Source of the DNA: Ruditapes philippinarum
Lineage: Eukaryota
DNA length: 64,000 bases
NCBI RefSeq assembly: GCF_026571515.1
Contig: NW_026858498.1
Span: 310,001 to 374,000 of the forward strand
Direction of reading: 5' to 3'
Shown: piece after piece, positions 53,001 through 64,000 of the stretch
Layout of the letters: each line of letters begins with the position of its first letter
Position numbering within the stretch: position 1 is the first letter of the stretch
Made by a program: the position numbers and the translations under genes
Notes under the pieces: model-generated
The model's database searches: none
Seen by the model: the letters and a program-made list of their open reading frames with translations, nothing else
What the model was told of the DNA's origin: nothing

Positions 53001-54291
53001 AAACGATGAGTTTTCTTTTGCATAAATCAAGATCACCAGTATTATATTATCCAAAACATGCTAGAATGTGGCCTATCTTTCCAAAAATGTAGAACAAATA
53101 TGTTGAATGGAAAATAAATGTTGATAAATAAATTTATGTTCCATTTATTCCATTATAAGAACAATTATTGTTAATCTTGAATTGAGGCATGACATATTTA
53201 GAAAAAAAGAAAGAAAAGCTAAACATTATCAACAACAAAAACAACAACAACAACAGCAATATGTTTATACCTTAATGTGAAAACAAAACAAATTTCATTT
53301 ATGGACATATCATGTTACCGAATTAATCAACATCAGAATTGTGAACCTATGAAACTAAATATTAGTATTGCTGGCAGTAATAGCTTCCCTGAGAAATAGT
53401 TCCGGCGTATCTCTAAGACGTAGTCTTATGGGAAAACTTTGCCTCACACTCAATAATTAGAAATGTTGTATACGATTTTTATTCGGTTCATAGCACTACT
53501 TTGCTTATGTAAGGTATCTTCATAACGAGTGACTTTTGTTTTTATCAGTTTCAGTTATAGAAAGAAGACAACTGTGTAACGCTTACATACTTGCAATGTA
53601 TAAGAACATTGTCTATGTTTTTATTTTGTAATAACTTGAAAAACAAATAAACAAAAAAACAAACAAACATACAAACAAACAAACAAATAAAAAAGCAAAC
53701 AGCAACAACAGCATAAAAAGAACAAACAAAACAATAACAAAAAAACACGCTTTTATCGGAAATTGAGTTTATATGAAATCGTGGAAATAAGAGTGCCAGT
53801 TACATTACAGTGTTCAATTATCAGAGGTCGTATAGGGACAACCAGAACGTGTACAAGTAATAAATAGTCAGTAATTTATTTCGCATGCAATGTTTGAATA
53901 ATCAAATAATGTACGGAAATGAAGTATTCAATGTATATGCAATCATACACAATCAAGAAAATGCATATGGACTGGTATGTAAATACATTAACAAATTATA
54001 ATTGAGCAAAATTGCACTGATCGCTTTTGTTTATAATTCATATAAATTTCCATATGTCTTGTACAACTACGCACAGGGAAACATGTCAATTAAGAGCTTC
54101 ATCTCTTCCTCATTTCTCAGACTTGCAACTTTATTTCTTTAGCGTAGACAAGTTTGATTTACTTCTTTTAGTCACGATTTGTTTTCCGTAATGCTCATTT
54201 CGATGCGTTCCGAAAGCAAAATTTATAACAACAGTACATTATGGATAACAGAACATTCAGTATGAATTTTGTATTTCTATTTTTGTACGTC

Positions 54292-54345
54292 CGCTCAGCT
54301 CAATGAGAAGTAATTTGAATTCCAGGGGTCACTGGTTCGATCCTT
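54292..54345 (+). mobile_element. degenerate tRNA-like/SINE head
   Basis: CTCAGCTCAATGAGA..CCAGGGGTCACTGGTTCGATCC (box B); truncated paralog at ~38093-38136. Confidence 0.4.
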
Positions 54346-55091
54346 GAAAAAGATGAAATATCTCCCTGAAAGATAACCTCGGTACTAAATTATTAATATA
54401 TACCTAAGTTTAATTATTACATCGACAATTACATGTAGTTACGGTTTACGTTTATAAATTATTGATTATCTAAAGCTTGAAGTAACTTACAAATAAATAT
54501 TCACTAAGTTCAGTACATGTGAGCGCTCGAGTAATTTTTAAGCCATTCATTAAAGTATAAAAAGACATTTATTTAGTTTCTGCATAATGTATGTCAATAT
54601 ATCGTCTGGGAAAATACTTGTCACTAAAACAGCAGATCTTTATACATGTAACTTTTTATGATGCAACTAATTATAAATGTTTATTCATTTTGCACAATGG
54701 ACTCAGTCTGTCTTCGAATAATCAGGTAGTATACAACACATACTTTTTTACACACAATCATTCTGAATTATAAAATAAACACTGTTTACGTTAACTTAAA
54801 GTAAATGACGTCTTTTAAGATATTTATGCAAGTACTTCCATTTAGATCTTCACTTAATTTAAGCAAATGTGTTCGCAGCAAATGATTCAGTTTCTGTTAT
54901 ATCTTTTACATTAATGCAATGATCTCACCCCTAGCTCGCACCCCAAATAAACAACTCCACAACAACAAAAAGGCCCCCTAAAAGAAAAATCAATTTGTCT
55001 GAATTTTTACTGTAACCAAAATGTTTCAGCGTTAATCTACAATTGACAAAATTTCCATAAGAATTACAACTATTGTAATTTGATAATATCA

Positions 55092-55388
55092 ATAGAAATG
55101 TATCATTTGGATATTTTTATAAAATGTTTTTTGAACAACATGTTGACAGACACCACTGTGATTTAGTATGAAAATTTAAATCGTGACGATTAATATTTTG
55201 TTCTAAAACTGTATTACCTTCATTATGTAGATAAAGTTGTGATATTTATAGAAATGTATCATTTGGATATTTTTATAAAATGTTTTTTGAACAACATGTT
55301 GACAGACACCAATTTGATTTAGTATGAAAATTTAAATTGTGAAATATAATACTTTGTTCCCTTCATTATGTAGATAAAGTTGTGATAT
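55092..55388 (+). repeat. local tandem duplication, first unit 156 bp
   Basis: ATAGAAATGTATCATTTGGATATTTTTATAAAATG..CTTCATTATGTAGATAAAGTTGTGATATT starts at 55092 and again at 55248. Confidence 0.9.
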
Positions 55389-58300
55389 TGGATTATGTAT
55401 CTCAATATTATATATAATAGTTCTTCCGTGTTTTTTTTGTCTTGTATAATACTAAATACAATAATCATAATTGTTTATAGTATAGTTGATAGTTTGTAGA
55501 CATTCCATTAAAATGACTATTTCACTTTAAGTTAAAGCAATGGACATTAAGTAGCAACATTTTTAATGAGCATTGCAGAATTATTTAAAAAATGGCCTGA
55601 AGAAATTTTGTTTAGAATAACGTAGTACATCTTGTACTTTTGGCTTAGGTATAATCAGTATTATTTTTTTTTAAATTTTTCTTAATTAAACATATTGAAA
55701 TCAAATGATCACCGACAAAACCAGGAGCTATTGATTTCTAGATGATTCTAATTATTGTAATTTCATTTCCATAGCAACAGTTTCGCAAATAGACATCTAC
55801 AGAGAGTGAACAGAAAAGAACAGTTATTAGATTAAGCGAGGCTAAAAGTGATTTCACTAAAATCTTAATTGGATTGTAAATCTTTAATTTGTTTCCATAT
55901 ATTAATTAAAATCAAGTAACATGTAGTCAAGCACAATCTTACTATAATTAAGATACCGAAAGTAATGTTATCCGAAAAGACAAAAAGTTGCACTAAAATA
56001 TTTATTGATCATTTGAAATATTCCTATAAAGACAAACTTTGTTTTACAGCGATTTTGTATTGCAATTGCAAATGTTTATTTTTAGGGACTTTCACATAAC
56101 ATAAACTGACATCAGTTAGGGAATAAAATGATATTATATAAAAAAATTTACACACATATTACATACAATTGATATAAATTGTACGAGTATTGTACTTTGT
56201 CATATAACAAAAGCAATCGCAAGCTGATGACCGCTTGTCATCTACTTCTTAAAAGAACGTCTTAAATGTGTTTGTATCAACTTCATTTCAATTATAAAAG
56301 AAAGTGTTTAAAATCAAATTTATCTTTACTTTTAAAATGTAGAACAGATATGGTAAAATTCGTTCTGTTTTGAAACCTGCAAGCAAAGACAAATTTTCCT
56401 ACTGTTTAAAATTGAGAAGTTATTTTTTTCTTTACTTTTTTTTTATTGTTGTTTGTATTTAAACTATTGTGTTTGTCGTTGTTTATACTGATATATTTAG
56501 TTTGATATACCACAAATAAATGTATGTTAAAACTAAAGTTATGTTGAATAAGTCTTTTAGAACAGAACAAGAACAAAGAACAATAAATTTGCTTTGTCGT
56601 CCAGACATATCGTGCCCCTATATGACAACTACCGGCTAATGTCAAGAGCTTGACTGTGTACCATATGACATTAAGTTCCTTTATTGCCCTGCATTCAGAA
56701 ATTCTTGTTCGTGGAATACACCAATAACCAAAGTTAAGTAATATAAACACTATTGCAAACTGCATGTACTATATTTACAAATAGATAAATTCATTGTTGT
56801 GGTGGTGAAAATGCATTCTATAAACTGATTTGAATAACGTATTTTAGTGATTTTTTAAAATGATAAAACATTTTCTTCCACTGATGATTTGCTCCATAAG
56901 ATAAATAACAATCCTAAGCATTGCATCATTTATCGTTCACCTTTGTCGAGAAAGAATGTAAACTAGTTGTTCTTTAAACTAAACATAAATATTCAATGAT
57001 TTTGTGTATGCATTAAAATATTTTAAGAGTCACCTTTCTATTATTTTGTGTTTATTGACTAAATAATTCTAATAATGCATATCATGCTCTTCAGGTTGCA
57101 GCTATGAAATTGTTTCGATATTCAAATTATTTTTATCTTTGATATTTGTTGTTTTTTTACCATTTATCAAGCTTATTTTTGGATGACCATTTTGATACAA
57201 TATTGTGTTCAGGCATTTACTTAAACAAACATAATTTATTACGGAGAAGAAATATTTCTTCGCCTATCATCGGACATTTTACAATAAAATTGTTTAATAG
57301 TATCTCTGTGGCGTAATCCATTGTGCAAGGAAAATTAATTTGTCATTTTATTTTTTAAAATCCTATGATTATTATGTAAATAAGGTCATTATAGATCATT
57401 CACAGTTTGGAAAGATAATGCATTTGGTATCATGCAAAGTTCTGTGGCAATTTAATTGTGTCATTTTCTATCAACTTATCTCCTTTTATAACATTAAATC
57501 TTCTCTACACTACAAAAATGTGTTTCATCGAAGCAACATTAACATTTTATGACTAACATAAAACATTTTTTCCATTCCGTTAACTGTACAAATTGGTATC
57601 CCAGTAAAGTTAATTGATGCTTATACATCAAAATTTTATGTTAAACATTTTGTGATATCCTTATGTTACCTTAAGCATTCACTTGACTTGTTCGCTCGAA
57701 TTGATTTACATTTTATTTAATTTCATATCTAATTTTATGTACAAAATAAATATGAATTATGCTATTTCAAACTTTATAATAATATGTTTTGTTGGTTTTT
57801 TTTGAAAAGTTGAAATTTGCTTCTAGCTTATAGTGAAATAGATGAAAACACGCTTTCCAAAAAAAAATATATGTTTGGTTTGCATATTATGCTAATTATA
57901 GCATGACATTTTATGAAAATAATTCGTTTCAATTAAAGACAGCAAGGATCGAATAGTTATAAGATGATATATCAGGACTTGACATTATTTGCCTTGAATA
58001 CACTAACTAAATAATGCTTAAAAATATTTTACTTTTCATTATATTCATCTTGTTAATTTGCTTAATTATTTATGCAACACAAGGGTTTGCAAAATTAAAC
58101 ATATTTTATAAAAAAACAACAACAAAACAACAATTAATATAATACGAATATTACAGAGTTGGTTTGATAGAATCTCTTAATGAGTGCTATCCTCTCTCAC
58201 GCTCCTTAGCACCGGTGTAAGAGTTTTCCAATGTGCATCAGGAACATGCTGGAAACAATGATCCAGACGAACCATAAAAATTAAAACAATACTTTAAAGA

Positions 58301-61300
58301 AGTACGGTGGTAACTTCTCAAAGCTGCTGCATGACACTAGACACCTGCTGTTGTGAAATAGAAAATCTGTAAAAGGTGTGATCCAACGGAACCAATGGCG
58401 ACAACAAAATAATGTGAAAATTACAGACGGGGTTTGACTGAGTCTGTTCTTAACAGATAATGTAAAATTGAAACATCTCTTATGGCTTTAAACTAGATTC
58501 AGCGTATAGAAAAAGCTGTGACATATGCTTAATTACAAACAAGTTAACATTACATGACAGCCTTTGTTAATATTTTATATGAAGAAAAACCAGAACGAAA
58601 TTGAAAAGCAACAAAAGCAAAATACTCTTAAGTCATCAACAAAATCTTTACACATAATAGTAAATAGACAAAAGTAATATACGAACTTTACATACGAACA
58701 AAAAAATGCGAAAAAAAAACAAGAACAAAAAACAAACACACAAAACAACAACAATAACCAACAACAGGATAACGATTCTATGAACCTATCCATATGTATT
58801 GTTTACAGCCATAGCTTTCCTGAGAAATATATGAGCGTACCTTAAGTAGCAGTCCTTTGGGGGAAATTTTGTTCACCCAATAATTAGAAACTTTGTATAC
58901 GATTCTTATTCAGTTCATGGCACTACTTAACTAGTTTGAGAAACTCATTTACATTCAGATTTCTATAGTTTTACGCTCTTTCATTGTCCTTAAAATGAGT
59001 ATTATGATTGCAAATTATAAATTATATTTTGGTATGCAGGTTATGATGTATATTGAACTTGCAAATGGAAATACTTTTACTTATTTAGACCATTCTTTAT
59101 CATGATTTAGAGTTGAAAGAAAGTAATATCATGGAAAATGTTACACTCGAAAGACATACATGTAAAGTATTTCAAACGCAAAGCCGAGTCCCTGCAACAC
59201 TGTGTTTCCTGGAAATACATACATGTATATTCAATTTTAGAGTAAAAGCTAAATGTAGAAAGCGTAATGTTAAGGTAGAGCAAACCCGTGCATTATTAAA
59301 TTAAATATTATGCAAACAACTGTGTTTCCGTTTCTTTATATGTATATCGCGCTCATTGGTTTGTTTCATTTGTTGATGACGTCAGAACAAAATATAGAAA
59401 ATCAGAAGCTTTATCAAGCATCATCTGGAAAGCTGCTGTTAAATAATTAAATTGAGACCTAAATATATGCATGTTTTAGAAATGAACTCCATACAAATGT
59501 AGCAGTTTCTTCCTTTTTGCACTTTACCACACAACACGTCCGCCTATCGAATAGTTAAGAGATGTATGGAAATATCTAAACTCATTTTTTACATTTATGT
59601 ACGACCCATTTATATGCAGATCGGTTCTGTGAACAAACCTATCAGAATATATAGGTAATGACATTTTTCTTACCGCGTCTTTATTGGAAATTGGGCTGAT
59701 TTAAACTCGTGGAGTTACACTACAGCGTTAAGGTCGTCTGCTGACAAATACGTATTTCAGAAGGAAACCTTTTTACCGTTGATTAGAATTATCTTATGAC
59801 GAAGAGTGTTTTAAATGATTATGACGTAGAATACTAAATTATCAAATGGATACAGAAACAGAATCATGGTTTCTTAGAAATTCTTTAAGAGATAATGAAA
59901 TAAAAGTGACATTTTTTTTCTTACCATAATAGAAACATATACAATGATTCGAGTAAAGCTATTTCTTTTCAAAAGAATAACATACAAAAAACCTTACTGT
60001 GTAAGCACTAACTTATAAGTATTGTGGATTTTTTAGTCATTTGTTATAACGTTGTAGGCACGTTTTACAAGATAAGTAGTTTATTGGTATATTATACGGT
60101 GTATAATACATTTTGTCTTGATATATATTGGTAGGAAACGCTTAAAAGCAAGAACAAATTAATAAAGATTTAATACCGTAATATGGATTTTATTCAAATG
60201 ACATACTTGCAAAGCTAGATTATCGCCATAAACATGTGTCGCTGTTGTGAATTAAAACCCAACAAACAACAGCAACAAAATTATTATTTATTTTCGACCG
60301 ACTGGATTTTTTTTCTGTAATCAGTTAAACTTAAAATGATCCTCTAGGTAAATATTTGGCACTGTTTAATGTCCAGTCCATATAATAAAGACAGAACATA
60401 TCCCTTTTGGATATTGTACAAAACGGGACACTTCTAATGAATGTTTTATAATAATACAAATCTATAGAAATATTAATTCATTTTTCACAATACATTACTG
60501 TCTAGGTTGACTAAGGTGTATTACTAGTAAATGTTAAAATACCAAAATTGTTACACACAATCGACGTTACATACAAGCATCAGCATAACTTAGTATTTAC
60601 GCAATCTGTGTATAAATTTCTGAGCCATTTCAATCAGGTACTTACACCTAATGCTTTCTCTACTGCTGAGATTAAGATTGAGTTTATCAAAATGTTTTGC
60701 CTTTAATTTATACAATAAACCAAATCAAAGAAATTAAATAAAGGGACATAAATAATCAATTTATTCCGTTTATAAATGTTCCGATAAACGACGCAGACAA
60801 GTCCGAAACATAACATAAATTAATTCAATTTACTCGCAGAGTCTTCCGACAGTTCGCTCCTCCCAAAACTTATTTCTTTTGAAAATGTTGGCTATAGTTT
60901 CGACAATATATGGCAAATTTGAGATTTTCAATTTTCAATTTTATTTTAGTATTGAACTTCCAAGACACAAACTCAAGTTGATAGAGTTTATGTTTTTAAA
61001 GTGTATAATGTGGTTTGAAGCAAGATTTGTTTATTATCTTGTCTTTGTCCCACTTTTTCGTCATATCAGAATACCGAAAATTCTTTGTTAAACTGTTGTT
61101 TTTTTTCATCTGTAGATGTGAATACAGGCGACTACATTGTCTTCTGATCAAATTTAAATGTTGCAGTTATATTCGACTGCGAAGCAGACGAGTCATATAA
61201 TTATGATTTTGAATAAGACGCACGATTTACTGCAGAATGACACGACTTTGTTTGCGATTCGTCAATAACATTACAAGTACATGTACATAAAACATTCACA

Positions 61301-63869
61301 TACATCAGCTTTACACTTCATGACCAATAATAATTTCTGCCTTTGTTGCAGAAATTTTTATTTACATTTTCTTCAAATGGAAAACAAGGAGATTTAATCT
61401 CGTGGAATCAGGCTACAATTACATCATACGTAAACACGTTGTATTGTCTCTACCTACAGGTGAACTGTTTCGCATTTGGACAAAACGCTTTTTGTCTAAC
61501 AGCTGTTGCATTGCATTGTCAAAAAGCATATTAATTTCTCAATCTATCTATTTGTTGACTTTAAGAATCAAGGAAACAAGCTCGTTTTGTGAAAATTTAT
61601 TATTTTACGTTCTGTATTTTTCTTTTTAGATGATTTAGATAGTGCTGTACGAACACAGTTCTTTTTTTTAAAACTTAAAAGCCGCCTTCTATATAGTAAA
61701 GCGAGGGTACGCGTGTTAACGGGTATGATGCATTTAATGTCTTATATACTACGTTTATCATTTGCTTACTAAAAGTTTATACATGTATATCGTTTAATTG
61801 GGATATAATTAATTAATGTCCAAGGCATTATGATAAACCATTACGAGCAACACTGTCTATATCTCTATAAGACACAAAGTGTCGGACCTGGCAAATTACG
61901 CTTTTGACTGAAGCGTAGCCTTCCTGTCACATTATAAAACGAGTACTATTAGTACGGACGCAATGTAATGTTTGTGTCGTAACGCTTCCCCTTTAATTTC
62001 AACAACTGCGCAGATCTAAACAGACATTCGTCTTGGTAGCATTTTATTGGGCTCTTTTAAAGATATGTAGTGCATAGCTGACCATTCTTTCGCAGCCACT
62101 TTATGTGTGCGTAAAGTATAGAAGATAAGAATCCTTAAAGAAAGTCCAAAACGGCAAAATTTAAAATGTTGAAGGCTCGGTTTGATTGAGTCTGTTCATG
62201 GTCAAGTGCAAACTACCGTCCGCGCCATCTAGCACCGGCTTAAACAAAATTCAACATTTTAAAATGAAATTGGTTGAATTTCGAGCTCAGAAACCTTGCT
62301 TGTTTACAACTGTCACAAGTATATTTTTTGAAAGGGATGATTTGACGTCAAAGCAAGTTCGTGTAAATGAATGTAAGAAATTTGTTCTTGCTTGCTTAAC
62401 TAATTTTGTATTTCTGTTTTTATTAAATATACTTTAAATACTCTGCACTTTTATTAGCTTATAGGAATATTTTTTTGAAAATTTCAAGGAAAATAATATA
62501 CGTTCATATCCAACAACCTTAGATATGCTTCTGGTTAAGTATATAATTAATCTGATCCCAATCGATTGTTGATTCCAGAAAAGCACTTTCTAGAAGGAGT
62601 GGCGCTCCCTTGGCAAAAGTGAAAGCTATTTTCATCAAGCCGTCTGAATTAATTAAGTTCCTGACAGCATATGTCTCTGAAAGGTTACGTAATTATCGAT
62701 ATCACATTAAAAGGCGAAGAAATGGTGGATAATTTCACACATATAGTGTAAGTTTCATTTTTACTCTTCTATGTTACATCAAATTGAAATTGTAGGCAAT
62801 ACAAGTCTACCAATTTCACAAATGTTTTCCTACACTGGAGTGAACAACTTGAATTCAAGTACTTTAATCTGTATGAATTAATAAGAATGACATATCGAAA
62901 TTGAGACCACTTTACCCAAGGGAATATCGAAGAGGAATTTTTGCAGCAGAGATACCGAAAAAAGCATAAATATCTATTTCAGTTACAACTAAATAAACGT
63001 TTGTGCTAAATAGGAAATGTAAATGGCTATTTATTTGTTGTCAATTTTCAAATTTTTAATTAATAATTGAATAAGCAATACATATCTTTAATATGGTAGT
63101 GTCTTGAAATGTCCAAATACATCAAGACCAAGTCTTAGTATGCTTTTATCATTATCCTCTTACATTTTTTTAATGGTAGTCAAATGTGGACTTTGCTAAA
63201 ATTAACCGTCTTTAAATGGATAAAGGCGAAAAACCACATATCTGTGCTGTGTAAACATAAGACAATGTCTGATTGTTTTATCAAAATATGTTTACTTTTA
63301 AAATATATTAGGTCTTTAACTACATGTATGTTGCACTGATTGGTGAGTATCTTGATACGTTTCAATTTATTGAAATAACAACAAAAATCAACAAGAGAAT
63401 TCCTTTTTATAATTGTTATAAAAAAGGAATCGTTTCGAATAGATTTTAGCGTAAAGCGAAAGCTGTCAATTCGTCATAAGTTGACATGGACACATTTCCA
63501 TTCATCTGATATAAGATAAAAACAAAGTTTTGTGTGAGTGTATGCAATAGCTTTTATCAAGCTATTACATAATTTAAAACTTCAATAAATTATGACTTAA
63601 ATTCAATTGTTTAGGTCTTCAAAATTGTAGTTTCTGGCACTACAAAAGCTAGCAAATTTCCATCTGTTTAAATATTATATCTGCACAAAAGCTGAATAAA
63701 CATAAATATAAGACAACAAAGTTAATATACATGAACATTAATGCATGATAAAAGAAATATAGAGGTTTTTTTTATTTTGGTAGTATTTCATATCTAGTCA
63801 TATCATATAAGTAAATCTTTTTTGTTCATTATCAAGATGAGGTAAATTGAGCTAAATTGACATGTAAAT

Positions 63870-64000
63870 TTCAAATGATTGACTGTTAAAATGACCAACA
63901 GTTTATATTGATAAATGTTTACGAAAAATCTGCCTAAAATACAAAAATACTATCCCACTCTTTTATAATATGTTCATTACAGGTAAATTTCGATGGGTAT
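63870..64000 (-). repeat. inverted relic of the block at ~28540-28670 and ~51280-51425
   Basis: The reverse complement gives AAAAGAGTGGGATAG..TAGGCAGATTT..AACTGTTGGTC..TTAACAGTCAATCATTTGAAA, matching both plus-strand blocks. Confidence 0.7.

Larger units (their letters stand above)
38570..55830 (+). repeat. tandem segmental unit, copy 2
   Basis: Collinear with 10680-38560; holds the empty sites for most copy 1 insertions. Confidence 0.9.

Noticed and set aside
56406-56765. 119-aa ORF, the longest outside transposon relics
   Set aside because: No recognisable domain, low-complexity tail, no paralogous conservation or splice support.
1-64000. CRISPR arrays, rRNA, intact tRNA or snRNA genes, prokaryotic operons
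   Set aside because: No regularly spaced repeat-spacer pattern and no recognisable structural RNA; the tRNA-like pieces are SINE heads.

Overview
AT-rich eukaryotic, essentially non-genic DNA. The SINE, Penelope-like and Academ repeats resemble those of bivalve molluscs (inference). No intact host protein-coding gene can be supported. Almost all ORFs in the track are spurious; the recognisable coding is transposon relics. The backbone is an old tandem segmental array: a diverged copy 0 (~1.2-10 kb), copy 1 (~10.7-38.6 kb, inflated by ~11 kb of insertions), copy 2 (~38.6-55.8 kb) and scattered relics from 56.7 to 64 kb. Comparing copies exposes filled and empty sites and so element boundaries: a 6.5-kb Academ transposon (TAG..CTA, TAA TSD) carrying a nested pogo/Tc1-type MITE and a Penelope-like (Naiad-type) fragment, a second Penelope-like fragment, Kolobok-, Harbinger- and Helentron-like non-autonomous elements, tRNA-SINEs, and an insertion with paired lox-like palindromes. 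Most notable: (1) a near-textbook type II SECIS stem-loop behind the RT ORF in both Penelope-like copies, with a non-canonical 3' core; (2) an ancient ~100-250 bp element in about 20 copies on both strands, some much better conserved between the duplicated units than their flanks; (3) a perfect 25-bp hairpin apparently born by template switching; (4) a degenerate minimal hammerhead ribozyme in a 172-bp insertion. Two stretches (~12.6-14.0 kb and ~16.2-17.5 kb) look like unpolished long-read sequence. All alignments were done by eye, so identity values and most block boundaries are approximate.
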